Source: a bacterium (GTDB lineage Bacteria > Patescibacteriota > Microgenomatia > UBA1400 > UBA12108). Taken from it: 56,065 nt of DNA. The stretch is from NCBI GenBank assembly GCA_043827085.1, contig JBDRPO010000005.1:1-56065 (forward strand), in the 5' to 3' direction. Position 1 is the first letter of the stretch; every line of letters begins with the position of its first letter. Positions 16,100 through 24,789 of this stretch are shown here, one piece after another. The notes beneath the pieces were generated by a model. It worked only from the letters and a program-made list of their open reading frames with translations, was not told where the DNA came from and ran no database searches. The translations under genes and the position numbers were made by a program.

Positions 16100-17392
16100 T
16101 CACAATGATTTAATAATTTCGCTAACTTTCCGGTGACTACTTCTCGAGTAAAAATTCGTGTAACCCAGTTTACGCGCTTCTTTTTCCCGTTTCTCCCCCC
16201 AACTCACGTTGCGAATCTCGCCAAGTAGCCCCACCTCCCCCACCGCAGCCGTGTTTTTTGGTAACGGTTTTCCGAGCGCCGAGCTCGCGATTGCAAGCGC
16301 AATGGCGAGGTCAACCGCCGGCTCCTTTACCGTCAGTCCCCCCGCGATCTTTACGAAAACGTCTTTCGTTCCGAGCGATAAGCGTGTATATTTTTGTAAG
16401 ACTCCAAGAAGGATCTGTACTCTCCTCACATCCACTCCCTGCGACACACGGCGCGGCACCGGCAGCTCGGAATCCACTACAAGTGCCTGCACCTCCAAAA
16501 GTACCGGCCGCGTCCCCTCCATAACTCCCGCAACCGCCGACCCCACACTCCCTTCCTCTCGCTCAGAGAGAAATAATTCACTTGGGTTCTCCACCTCTTG
16601 CATACCTGATTCAACCATCCGGAACACCCCCACCTCGTCCGTCGCCCCAAACCTATTCTTTTGGGTCCTGAGGAGTCGCAGGTCATAGTACCGGTCCCCC
16701 GTGAGCTCGAGCACACAGTCCACCATATGCTCAAGCACCTTAGGTCCCGCCATCTCGCCGTCTTTTGTTACGTGTCCAACAAGCATGATTGGCACATTTT
16801 TGTTCTTTGCAAAGCCAATAAGGCGCCCTGTACACTCGCGGATTTGACTGATCGACCCCGCTAATCCTGGTAAATCGTCGGAATACAAAGTTTGCACCGA
16901 ATCAATAATTACCAAAGACAAATCCAGCTTGATTATTGTCGCGATAATTGCATCCACATTCGTCTCCGCAAGCATTTTCAAATCCTTCCCCCCTCCCAGC
17001 CTCTCCACCCGCAGCTTTACTTGTCCCGAACTCTCCTCGCCACAAACATACACCGTTTTATTTATGTTCAAAGATAGCTGCGTCAGCAAAGTACTCTTTC
17101 CTATCCCCGGCTCTCCAATCAGCAAGTTTACTTCCCCCGGCACTAGTCCTCCCCCAAGTACCAAATCAAGCTCCCCAATCCCCGTTTTGAGCCGCTCTCC
17201 AACTTTCGCGTCCACTTCCGCCAGTCCCAGTAGCTTTGCCCCACTAACATCTAACTTCTTACGTCTAACATCTCTCACAGAAAGCACGCTTTCTACGAGC
17301 GTATTCCACTTCCCACACTCTCCGCACTGCCCCGCCCACTTCGGTGATTGCGCTCCGCAACTTTGACATTCATACACCACGCTCGACTTCAT
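16100..17392 (-). CDS. radA: DNA repair protein RadA/Sms
   Basis: Zn finger CQSCGAQSPKWAGQCGECGKWNT, Walker A GEPGIGKSTLL, KNRFG motif and a Lon-like C-terminal domain. Confidence 0.9.
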   Translation of the reverse strand: MKSSVVYECQSCGAQSPKWAGQCGECGKWNTLVESVLSVRDVRRKKLDVSGAKLLGLAEVDAKVGERLKTGIGELDLVLGGGLVPGEVNLLIGEPGIGKSTLLTQLSLNINKTVYVCGEESSGQVKLRVERLGGGKDLKMLAETNVDAIIATIIKLDLSLVIIDSVQTLYSDDLPGLAGSISQIRECTGRLIGFAKNKNVPIMLVGHVTKDGEMAGPKVLEHMVDCVLELTGDRYYDLRLLRTQKNRFGATDEVGVFRMVESGMQEVENPSELFLSEREEGSVGSAVAGVMEGTRPVLLEVQALVVDSELPVPRRVSQGVDVRRVQILLGVLQKYTRLSLGTKDVFVKIAGGLTVKEPAVDLAIALAIASSALGKPLPKNTAAVGEVGLLGEIRNVSWGEKREKEARKLGYTNFYSRSSHRKVSEIIKSL

Positions 17393-17436
17393 ATCCCTAT
17401 TCTAACATTCAGGAAAGTCTTCACCGTCACTGAAAA

Positions 17437-18171
17437 CTACTTCATTGCAGAGAGCTGTGCGCGCAGGACCAGGAGTGCATCATTTTTGAGATGCAAACGC
17501 AGTTTTTTGAAAGTCATTGGATCAAACAGCGTATTTAAATCCTGATCGATAATAGTTTGAGTAAATTTTCTCTCAACAAAACTGATCAGACCAATAAAAA
17601 AGTCAGCTACCGTCAATCCCGATTTCTCGGTGATCAGCTCCGTACTGTACGGCAAGTTGTGAGTCAAAAAATAATAGATATCATAAAGGTCGCGCCCAGC
17701 AATATTATGATGTTTTGTCCATCTATCGTGGGGAGTCGTGAGCTTGCTAGCTACCATGGTTTCAACCGTTTGCACTGTGGCATGGTGATCAATATCTTGC
17801 AGATATACCGTCTCGTATCGTGTCGACTCCGATGGGCGCCCGATCATCTCAATCTTAATCGTACTACGCTGGTTTGGGGGAGCATCATATCCCAGCAAAT
17901 ATTGCACTGCTCTCTGACTCGCCTCTTTGATTGGATAGCCCAGTTTAATAAACAACTTCTCCAGCTCGGATCGAATTTTTGCCTCCTTTACTTCAGTTGC
18001 CAGATCAAAATCCAAATCAACCGAGAAGCGGTCGAGAATCCCGATCATTGTTGCCGCCGTCCCACCTTTAAAGTAGCAATTCTTGGCCAAGTAGGGATTG
18101 TCTAGGATTGCCGCGAGAATCCGAAACAAATGGTATCTATGGCTGGCCGCATGCTGATTTGGAAGTAGCAT
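17437..18171 (-). CDS. AbiEii/AbiGii-family nucleotidyltransferase toxin (type IV TA), copy 1
   Basis: FKGGTAATMIGILDRFSVDLDFDL motif. Adjacent upstream partner gene. Confidence 0.75.
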   Translation of the reverse strand: MLLPNQHAASHRYHLFRILAAILDNPYLAKNCYFKGGTAATMIGILDRFSVDLDFDLATEVKEAKIRSELEKLFIKLGYPIKEASQRAVQYLLGYDAPPNQRSTIKIEMIGRPSESTRYETVYLQDIDHHATVQTVETMVASKLTTPHDRWTKHHNIAGRDLYDIYYFLTHNLPYSTELITEKSGLTVADFFIGLISFVERKFTQTIIDQDLNTLFDPMTFKKLRLHLKNDALLVLRAQLSAMK

Positions 18172-18172
18172 C

Positions 18173-18709
18173 TTATTTATATCCTAACTCTTTTTGATAA
18201 TAGAGTAATTTATCTTGGTTTATCTGGCTAGGAGAGTCCAGTTGATAAAACGGGTTGTAGTACATGAGGTCAGCTGTAGCCCGCTCCGTATCAGCTCGGC
18301 CACTCACCACCCCCAGTGGGTTATAAAGGAAACGGGGCGCGAGCTGACGCACTTTTACCTGTATGTTATGTCCAGGCAAAGTAAAAGATTGCGACTTCTC
18401 CCCCACCAATGTCATCACACCCAGTACCTGGTGGATCACCCCCTGCGAGACGAGCACGCTCTCACAAGTTAGGTAGCTCAGGCGGTGGATCATGGCTCGC
18501 GCAAGCTCCAACTGATCCAGCCGACTGGGCTCGACTGTACCGTACAATCCCTTGTGCAAACTGATCAAAATTCCCGATTTAAGGTACCGCGAGATCGTCG
18601 TCCGCAGCGTATTTCCGTTCTCTATCCCCCACAAGAGTGCCAGATCCGCCGCATGGAAAATCTTCCGCTCTTGAGACAGGAGTACTTTATGTTTATTTAT
18701 TATGTACAT
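18173..18709 (-). CDS. AbiEi-family antitoxin/transcriptional regulator, copy 1
   Basis: Size and position: 1-nt gap to the AbiEii gene. N-terminal wHTH-like segment (FHAADLALLWGIENGNTLRTTISRYLKSGIL). Confidence 0.6.
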   Translation of the reverse strand: MYIINKHKVLLSQERKIFHAADLALLWGIENGNTLRTTISRYLKSGILISLHKGLYGTVEPSRLDQLELARAMIHRLSYLTCESVLVSQGVIHQVLGVMTLVGEKSQSFTLPGHNIQVKVRQLAPRFLYNPLGVVSGRADTERATADLMYYNPFYQLDSPSQINQDKLLYYQKELGYK

Positions 18710-18804
18710 ATTTGTACATAATAATACAACTCAAATGATTTGTCAAGACCAAACTACCAGACATCACACCGAGAGTCATATCCCTTATTCCTAATTTAGT
18801 CGTC

Positions 18805-19419
18805 TTACTCCACAAGATATTCATCATCTTCATCAAGCAATGCAACGTATTGGGCACTACTAGAATCGATCATGCTGGGCATTATTGCTGCTCTACGCTC
18901 CATCTCAAAAGCTTCCGCTTCTGCTCCCGCACCATCTGCGAAAATTCGCTCCATTTCTTGATGAGTGAAATAATTCGCTCCTCCACACACACGTAAATGA
19001 TGAACAAAAATAACAGCAATTCCAGGGTTAAGCTCAATCACAGCATTAATCCATTCAACATCTGCATTCAATCGTTCTGAATCTGGTTGCACTGGTCCAC
19101 CCGCCGTAGCAAAAACAATATCTCCCTCTTCATACCCAATTTCAGGGTCATTTATGACATCCCCACTTTGACGGTAATCCTCACACACGACGACTAGTCT
19201 TCGTGCCGCCTCTACTTTTTCCGCTTCTTTATCACTTTCAACCGGTAGTCTAGGATTATAGTTCCCTAAACTCATTGGAAAAAAAATACCTCCCTCAACT
19301 ACTCTCACCCCGTGCTTGGCTGCGCCCGGTCTCACCAAATCAGCATCATTTCTCCCTGCTTTTCTACCATTATGTAATCTTTGTATCTCTTTCGATGCCG
19401 CAACATAACGCTCGTACAT
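18805..19419 (-). CDS. Hypothetical protein; distant beta-carbonic-anhydrase-like motif order (speculative)
   Basis: VVVCEDYR (CxDxR), GDIVFATAGGPV and AVIFVHHLRVCGG follow the order of beta-CA motifs, but the His-Cys spacing is non-canonical. Confidence 0.5.
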   Translation of the reverse strand: MYERYVAASKEIQRLHNGRKAGRNDADLVRPGAAKHGVRVVEGGIFFPMSLGNYNPRLPVESDKEAEKVEAARRLVVVCEDYRQSGDVINDPEIGYEEGDIVFATAGGPVQPDSERLNADVEWINAVIELNPGIAVIFVHHLRVCGGANYFTHQEMERIFADGAGAEAEAFEMERRAAIMPSMIDSSSAQYVALLDEDDEYLVE

Positions 19420-19421
19420 AT

Positions 19422-19565
19422 TTACTCCTCTACTGCTGAAAGTAATGCTTTGAGTTGCTCCTCGACTGCCTTCCAGTCGCCACCCGCGCCGCGGATTTCC
19501 TCAAAAATCCACTGCAAATCAACGAGTATCTGATCGTCTTTCACTATCATTTTTGTTTTCGACAT
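19422..19565 (-). CDS. Small ORF (47 aa) not in the track, translationally coupled to the downstream 204-aa gene
   Basis: Strong SD GGAGGAAAC before the ATG. Translation: MSKTKMIVKDDQILVDLQWIFEEIRGAGGDWKAVEEQLKALLSAVEE. Its last codons GAGGAGTAA provide the SD, 2 nt before ATG 19419. Confidence 0.55.
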   Translation of the reverse strand: MSKTKMIVKDDQILVDLQWIFEEIRGAGGDWKAVEEQLKALLSAVEE

Positions 19566-19576
19566 GTTTCCTCCAT

Positions 19577-19604
19577 CGACCATTGGTCATTGACCATTGA
19601 TCAT
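19577..19604 (+). repeat. Heptamer array CGACCAT TGGTCAT TGACCAT TGATCAT
   Basis: Read directly. Lies between the rpsA stop (19605) and the SD of the 47-aa ORF. It contains the palindrome TGGTCATTGACCA. Confidence 0.85.
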
Positions 19605-20738
19605 TTATTTATAACCGACTGGCACTTCTTTGAGTACTGGTCCGAGACTCATTCGTCTATGTTCTGGATCTACGTTCTCAACTAGTACTTCAATCTTTTC
19701 TCCCGGTGTCAGTTCACCAAATGACCCGAGGCGCGAGATGTGGATCAGTCCATCCACCCCTGGCTCAAAGTTCACAAACACCCCAAATGGAGCCGCTCGT
19801 GAGATTGTTCCCTTTACCGTTGTTCCTGCCGCGTACTTCTCGGCTACCTTACTCCATGGATCAGCTTGGAGCTGTTTCATCGACAGGTTTAGCTTCCCCG
19901 TCCCCTCTTCTACGCCTAGTACCTTCACTTCTACTTTATCTCCGACTTTTAGATACTTGTGGATATCCTCCACTTTCTCCCACGAAATCTCCGAGATATG
20001 TACCAGTCCTTCGACCGTAATTGTCTCTTTCTCCGAGATAACCGGCACCGCCACAAACGCCCCAAATGACAACACTCCCGTGACAGATCCTGAGAAGGTA
20101 TTCCCAACTTTTACTGCCTTGAGAGCTGATTCGCGCTGTTCCATGACCGCCGCTTCAGATACATGCTTCTCTGAGAATATCAGGCGGTTCTTCTCACGGT
20201 CCACCTCGATTGGTTTGACATCAATGGTCTTCCCCACGAGTCCCTGCAAGTTCCCCGCATAGCTCGCCCCAAACTGTGAACTGGGGATGAATCCTCTGAG
20301 TCCCTGCCAGCGAACGATCATTCCTCCGCGGTTTAACTCAACTGTTTTGACCTGCACTTCTTTTTCATTCTTTAGATAGTCATCAAGCATATTCCAAAGC
20401 TTATCAAACATCGCGCGCTTGAGGGACAGGAGGATCTGTCCCCGCTCATTCTCGTCCGACGCGACGTATACGTCGATCTCGTCGCCCACTTTAATAGTTT
20501 CAATAAATTCCTTAGCAAAATCATATTCGCGCTCAGATACAATTCCCTCGGTTTTCGCCCCAATATCCACCAAGACCATCTTGCGGTTTACTGTCGTGAC
20601 TAGTCCCTTGATAGTCTCACCTTTCTTGGGCACCGATAATTCGTATCCAGAGCTGGCCAGGAGCTCTTCCATCGTAGTCGGCTCTTTGATCACTACTTTC
20701 ACTGCTTTCTTCGTTTCTTTTACTTTCATTTTTGCCAT
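19605..20738 (-). CDS. rpsA: 30S ribosomal protein S1 (four S1 domains)
   Basis: Repeated S1/OB motifs (G..V.G.V......G.fV). Start set at MAKMKV (track start is 20774). Confidence 0.85.
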   Translation of the reverse strand: MAKMKVKETKKAVKVVIKEPTTMEELLASSGYELSVPKKGETIKGLVTTVNRKMVLVDIGAKTEGIVSEREYDFAKEFIETIKVGDEIDVYVASDENERGQILLSLKRAMFDKLWNMLDDYLKNEKEVQVKTVELNRGGMIVRWQGLRGFIPSSQFGASYAGNLQGLVGKTIDVKPIEVDREKNRLIFSEKHVSEAAVMEQRESALKAVKVGNTFSGSVTGVLSFGAFVAVPVISEKETITVEGLVHISEISWEKVEDIHKYLKVGDKVEVKVLGVEEGTGKLNLSMKQLQADPWSKVAEKYAAGTTVKGTISRAAPFGVFVNFEPGVDGLIHISRLGSFGELTPGEKIEVLVENVDPEHRRMSLGPVLKEVPVGYK

Positions 20739-20849
20739 ATTTTTCTTATCTTCCCTTGGGCTTAGCAAGTGCACCTGAAATTCCAGTGTGAAGCTAAATC
20801 AAGATGCAAGTATTCTACCTCGAGAACTAAAATTCCACAACCACCCACT

Positions 20850-20877
20850 AGAGTCTAGGATCTAAAATCTAACGTCT
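20850..20877 (+). repeat. Heptamer array b: AGAGTCT AGGATCT AAAATCT AACGTCT
   Basis: Read directly. Intergenic, upstream of rpsA. Confidence 0.85.
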
Positions 20878-21076
20878 ACTTCCCCATTCCCGGGATCAAC
20901 TGAGCTGGCTGGATCAGATAAATATCCGCTGGGGTCTGGAGCGAAATGATAAAGTACCGAACCATCACAATGAGAGCCCCTATCCCCACCGCCAAGATCA
21001 ACATTCCCAAAAATTGGTTTCTCATTACCATTGGCTTAACTACTGTCGTTACTTTTTTCTTGGTTTTCTTGGGCAT
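20876..21076 (-). CDS. Small membrane protein (66 aa), hypothetical
   Basis: Lys-rich N-terminus followed by one TM helix (FLGMLILAVGIGALIVMV). Confidence 0.45.
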   Translation of the reverse strand: MPKKTKKKVTTVVKPMVMRNQFLGMLILAVGIGALIVMVRYFIISLQTPADIYLIQPAQLIPGMGK

Positions 21077-21111
21077 ACACTTACCTCCGATTTGATATAT
21101 CTATTTTAACT

Positions 21112-22137
21112 CTATACTATTATTCCTCCGCCCACAAGTACACCATCTCTGTCGTATAGTACCGCGCTCTGTCCCCCGGCTACTCCAAATATCCGCTCTC
21201 TTGTTTTGATTACTTTTCCATCAAATTCTTCTACCTCATACAACTCTCCCAAATTTCTTATCCTTACCCATAATTTTTGATCATTCTGTCCCTGAAATCT
21301 AACGTCTAAAATCTGGAATCTATCCCTCATCGTCGCCTCTCTTGTTCCAACTATCAACTGATTTTTTACCTTATTCTTCCCTATCACATAAAGTGGCTGC
21401 GTGTCTGATTTTTGCGCTTTCGGATCCATTTCCCATCCACCCCTTTGCCCAATCGTGTAAAACCAAAGACCATTGTGTCTCCCCACAACCTCACCCCCCC
21501 TTACGACTTCGCCTGGCTTTTCGCCCAACCTATCTTTAAGTAGCTTCGCCACGTCCACTTCCCCAATAAAGCAAATCCCCATCGAGTCAGGTTTCTCTGC
21601 CGTCGCCAACTCGAGCTCTTTGGACTTTGCTCTTACCTCACTCTTTAACATTCCTCCCAAAGGGAACAAAATATGTTTCAAGTGACGACGCGGCACCTGC
21701 CACAAGAAATAACTTTGGTCCTTGCTCTCGTCGTATGCTCTCCTCAGTTTTCCGCCCTCTATTCTCGCGTAGTGACCCGTCGCAACGTAGTCATATCCAG
21801 ATGCTATAGCCCAATCATAAAATATCCCAAACTTGATCTCCCGATTGCACACTACATCTGGATTTGGCGTCCTGCCCTCCTCGAATTCATGGTAAAAATA
21901 CTCAACTACCTTCTCTCTGTATTCCTTCCTAAAATCTAGCGTCTGGAATCTAATTCCTAGTTGCATCGCCACCTGTAAAGCATCCTTTTTATCCTGATCT
22001 GTCCGACACCCCGGCTCGTTATAGCACTCTAGATATACTCCGTGAACGTCATAACCCTGCTCGATAAGCAGTGCTGCTGCTGCCGACGAATCCACTCCAC
22101 CCGATAATCCCACCACAACTCGCTTTTTTAACGTCAT
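21112..22137 (-). CDS. mnmA: tRNA-specific 2-thiouridylase MnmA
   Basis: PP-loop VVGLSGGVDSS, GRTPNPDVVCNREIKF and ATGHYARI. Confidence 0.9.
   Translation of the reverse strand: MTLKKRVVVGLSGGVDSSAAAALLIEQGYDVHGVYLECYNEPGCRTDQDKKDALQVAMQLGIRFQTLDFRKEYREKVVEYFYHEFEEGRTPNPDVVCNREIKFGIFYDWAIASGYDYVATGHYARIEGGKLRRAYDESKDQSYFLWQVPRRHLKHILFPLGGMLKSEVRAKSKELELATAEKPDSMGICFIGEVDVAKLLKDRLGEKPGEVVRGGEVVGRHNGLWFYTIGQRGGWEMDPKAQKSDTQPLYVIGKNKVKNQLIVGTREATMRDRFQILDVRFQGQNDQKLWVRIRNLGELYEVEEFDGKVIKTRERIFGVAGGQSAVLYDRDGVLVGGGIIV
21294..21321 (+). repeat. Heptamer array c (inside mnmA): GAAATCT AACGTCT AAAATCT GGAATCT
   Basis: Read directly. On the coding strand it encodes DRFQILDVRFQ. Confidence 0.85.
21931..21958 (+). 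repeat. Heptamer array d (inside mnmA): AAAATCT AGCGTCT GGAATCT AATTCCT
   Basis: Read directly. It encodes GIRFQTLDF, which occupies the position of a native MnmA segment with no length change. Confidence 0.85.
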
Positions 22138-22155
22138 ATCTGGCTATTCTAAATG

Positions 22156-22184
22156 TTGACCCCACTATTCACAAGTGTCATAAT
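22156..22184 (+). promoter_or_regulatory. Sigma-70-like promoter TTGACC-17-(TGT)CATAAT, predicting a leaderless mRNA
   Basis: -35 at 22156-61 and extended -10 at 22176-84. ATG 22191 lies 7 nt after the -10, and there is no SD. Confidence 0.5.
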
Positions 22185-22190
22185 CGAATC

Positions 22191-22520
22191 ATGACCTTTA
22201 CCCAATCAGACATCAAAATATTAGATGAAATGTTTGACAAAAAACTCAAACCAATTCAAACAGATATCTCCACTCTTAAAACTGATGTTTCCGGTCTCAA
22301 GACTGACGTTTCCACTCTTAAAACTGATGTTTCCGGTCTCAAAACTGACGTCGATTCGCTCAAAAAAACTATCAAACCCATCAAATCCATGCAAAAAACT
22401 CTCAATCACGTAAAAAGGACTGTCGATATCATCTCTGGACAGTACGATACTCGACTCTGTTCCCTCGAAAGACACACTACCCACCCACCTCACAAATTGA
22501 ACTTCTCCCTCGCCACCTAA
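22191..22520 (+). CDS. Small coiled-coil protein with heptad tandem repeats (LKTDVS[GT])
   Basis: The track ORF (22071) overlaps mnmA, so the start was set at ATG 22191. Repeats: DISTLKTDVSGLKTDVSTLKTDVSGLKTDVDSLKK. Confidence 0.55.
   Translation: MTFTQSDIKILDEMFDKKLKPIQTDISTLKTDVSGLKTDVSTLKTDVSGLKTDVDSLKKTIKPIKSMQKTLNHVKRTVDIISGQYDTRLCSLERHTTHPPHKLNFSLAT
22269..22352 (+). repeat. 42-bp tandem duplication (2 mismatches), each unit made of two 21-nt sub-repeats
   Basis: 22269-22310 compared with 22311-22352 directly. Confidence 0.9.
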
Positions 22521-23842
22521 TCCACCACCACCACAAACTGTTTAAGATCTCTCTTCCCCACTAAAAACTTATGTTTCATTCGACTTCGGTCCGATACCGA
22601 CACCATACTTTTTACTTTTACTCCCGCCATCACATATTTAATTCCCACAATCTCTCGTTTATTCCTCCCTAATGAACTAAAAAAATAATCTTCGTACAAG
22701 CGGTTATCAGTATCCATAAGTCCCAATTTCTCGGCCAACTCCCGGTCAATACTACTCATATTCGCCCCCGTATCAACTTTGGCTTTTATAATTCCCCGCT
22801 CTCCGTTATAACCCAATAGCTGGACTTCCTCGACAGCCGAAACCGACTTTCTCCCCAGTCCTTTCTCCGCCAATTTAATGTCCGCAAATAGTGCCTGCCC
22901 CACCCGGATCCCATGCCTTGCCGACACCACTTTCAACCCCTTCACTCTCGCCAGCCGCTCCCGCAATCCTGCCCTATTGGCGATCTGGATTTTAAGTCCA
23001 GGCTGAGCATTCACCTCTAGTATCATCGGCACCGCCACCTCTTCTAACTTGTCACTTTTACCCCGTTGTCTATCATCCTGAATCATCGGTTGCAAAACGA
23101 TGTCACACGCCATATACCCAAGCCCTATCGCCTCCGATGCTTTGATCGCCGTCGTGAGTATCTCTTCCCACTGTGGGATCTGAATATTGGCTAGCTTCCG
23201 CCTCGTACCCGGGAAAAACTCGATTGGTCTGCCATGATGCACCCCATATGTCGTGACTCCAGTCGCGATATCAATTCCCGCCGCCGCCGCTCCCTGAAAT
23301 AAATTAGCCCTTCCTCCAGATTCTTCCGTTGGCAGTCGTACATAACTCATGATCGGAATCTTGTTAAACACTATCACTCGGATGTCCGGCGTCCCGTGAT
23401 AACTGTATTTCGTGAAACTTGGATGTACCCTTACTCTCTCCTCAATATAAGCAATGTCTGACACGTCGTCCATCGAGTAGCGTCCCGCCAAAATATCGGC
23501 CATGTGCAGCTTCAGGTCCTCAACTCCCCACGCATCCCCCTGAGAATCAATCCACTCTCCTGCGTACTCTCCCCGCTTCTCGACAACCACAATTCCCTGT
23601 CCTCCAAGCCCATTATTAGGTTTCACCACAAAATCGGTTGGAAGTTTGAGGAAATCAAATTTCTCAAGCACTTCCATATTGTTAATAACAGCATAGGTTT
23701 CCGGTACTCGTATCCCGACCGTTTTTAGAATCTTCTTGGTAAATAGTTTAGAATTCGCAACTTCCTTGCCTTTACGCGTGTTATACACCGAAGTATACAA
23801 ATGATTCCTGGAGTTCAGGCCCAATACGTCGCGTAATTTCAT
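22517..23842 (-). CDS. ATP-grasp enzyme (alpha-L-glutamate ligase-like / RimK-related) fused to a C-terminal retropepsin-like (RimB / Zn_protease-type) domain
   Basis: N-terminus LGLNSRNHLY...NSKLFTKKIL. ATP-grasp body. C-terminal KAKVDTGANMSSID (DTGA aspartyl-protease signature). Confidence 0.65.
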   Translation of the reverse strand: MKLRDVLGLNSRNHLYTSVYNTRKGKEVANSKLFTKKILKTVGIRVPETYAVINNMEVLEKFDFLKLPTDFVVKPNNGLGGQGIVVVEKRGEYAGEWIDSQGDAWGVEDLKLHMADILAGRYSMDDVSDIAYIEERVRVHPSFTKYSYHGTPDIRVIVFNKIPIMSYVRLPTEESGGRANLFQGAAAAGIDIATGVTTYGVHHGRPIEFFPGTRRKLANIQIPQWEEILTTAIKASEAIGLGYMACDIVLQPMIQDDRQRGKSDKLEEVAVPMILEVNAQPGLKIQIANRAGLRERLARVKGLKVVSARHGIRVGQALFADIKLAEKGLGRKSVSAVEEVQLLGYNGERGIIKAKVDTGANMSSIDRELAEKLGLMDTDNRLYEDYFFSSLGRNKREIVGIKYVMAGVKVKSMVSVSDRSRMKHKFLVGKRDLKQFVVVVD

Positions 23843-23847
23843 ACTTT

Positions 23848-24738
23848 CTATTCCTCTTCATCTTCCTTCACAATCCCACGATACATTATGTATTCCGACA
23901 ACCGGAGTCCCGTATACTTCCCCATAAATAAATCAAATATCGCAACTCCAAAAAAGATCAATTCTGGCGAGAGCAGTACTGTCCTCTGTACCACTTCTGC
24001 CCCGAGTATTAAAGATGATATCATGGCAAGAGCAAAAGTCTGAAAAATGAGCGCTCTCGCCTCGCTCGCGCTCCTACCCTGCTGGATATCAATAAATGTT
24101 TCCGCCAGGAGCATCAAAATCAAAATCGGGAAAATCCCGACCGTCACCAATTCTCCCACTCTCCATACCGAAGCCGCAAACAATGTCAAAAACACTCCCG
24201 CCGAGACTACCCACAATAGGAGTGATACTCTCGGCAAATACTGGAGCTTAAACGTCTTGAGTACCGTTCTCGCCAAGATCGTCACACACAGTATCACCAA
24301 AAATAGCGCCATTCCTGCCCATACTCCGGTCGCCAGGAACGCAACCGCCAGGAGTGCCGGAGTCAAAATGCCCACTCCTCTGATACCTATTAGGTGTCGC
24401 GCAGCAGCCACCATCGCCACAATTAATGGAAACAACATGATGAGTACTACTGTATTTACGGGTACTCCGTTTGAAACCGCTCGATGGACTGTCACCCGCA
24501 TAAAGTTATTCCATCGCAAACTACCCACGGGATTATCCTCAAGAAGTTTTTCTAACTTATTTTTTGTCTCTGAGATCGGCTGAGTCAAATCAGTTTTCTC
24601 CTCCACCCTCCGCTCTACAATCCCCGCCGACACGCTAGCATCCGCAAACTGAGCCGACTCCGAAGCCGACAACATCTCCGCCCGTACGGGAGTTACAAAT
24701 ACCCAAAAAGCAACAATGCACAGCACAACATTCTTCAT
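23848..24738 (-). CDS. Signal peptide plus 7-TM membrane protein (7TM_transglut-like partner of the ATP-grasp enzyme)
   Basis: Signal peptide, an extracytoplasmic segment of about 85 aa, then about seven hydrophobic helices. 5-nt gap to the ATP-grasp gene. Confidence 0.5.
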   Translation of the reverse strand: MKNVVLCIVAFWVFVTPVRAEMLSASESAQFADASVSAGIVERRVEEKTDLTQPISETKNKLEKLLEDNPVGSLRWNNFMRVTVHRAVSNGVPVNTVVLIMLFPLIVAMVAAARHLIGIRGVGILTPALLAVAFLATGVWAGMALFLVILCVTILARTVLKTFKLQYLPRVSLLLWVVSAGVFLTLFAASVWRVGELVTVGIFPILILMLLAETFIDIQQGRSASEARALIFQTFALAMISSLILGAEVVQRTVLLSPELIFFGVAIFDLFMGKYTGLRLSEYIMYRGIVKEDEEE

Positions 24739-24789
24739 ACTGTGTATTATATATCAAAACCTGTCCTGAACTTGTCGAAGGATAGATCT

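Noticed and set aside
16101-16118. A fifth half-site of the palindrome (CACAATGATTTAATAATT) at the radA 3' end.
   Set aside because: Only one arm matches partially, and it lies in coding sequence (EIIKSL*). This is most likely coincidental.
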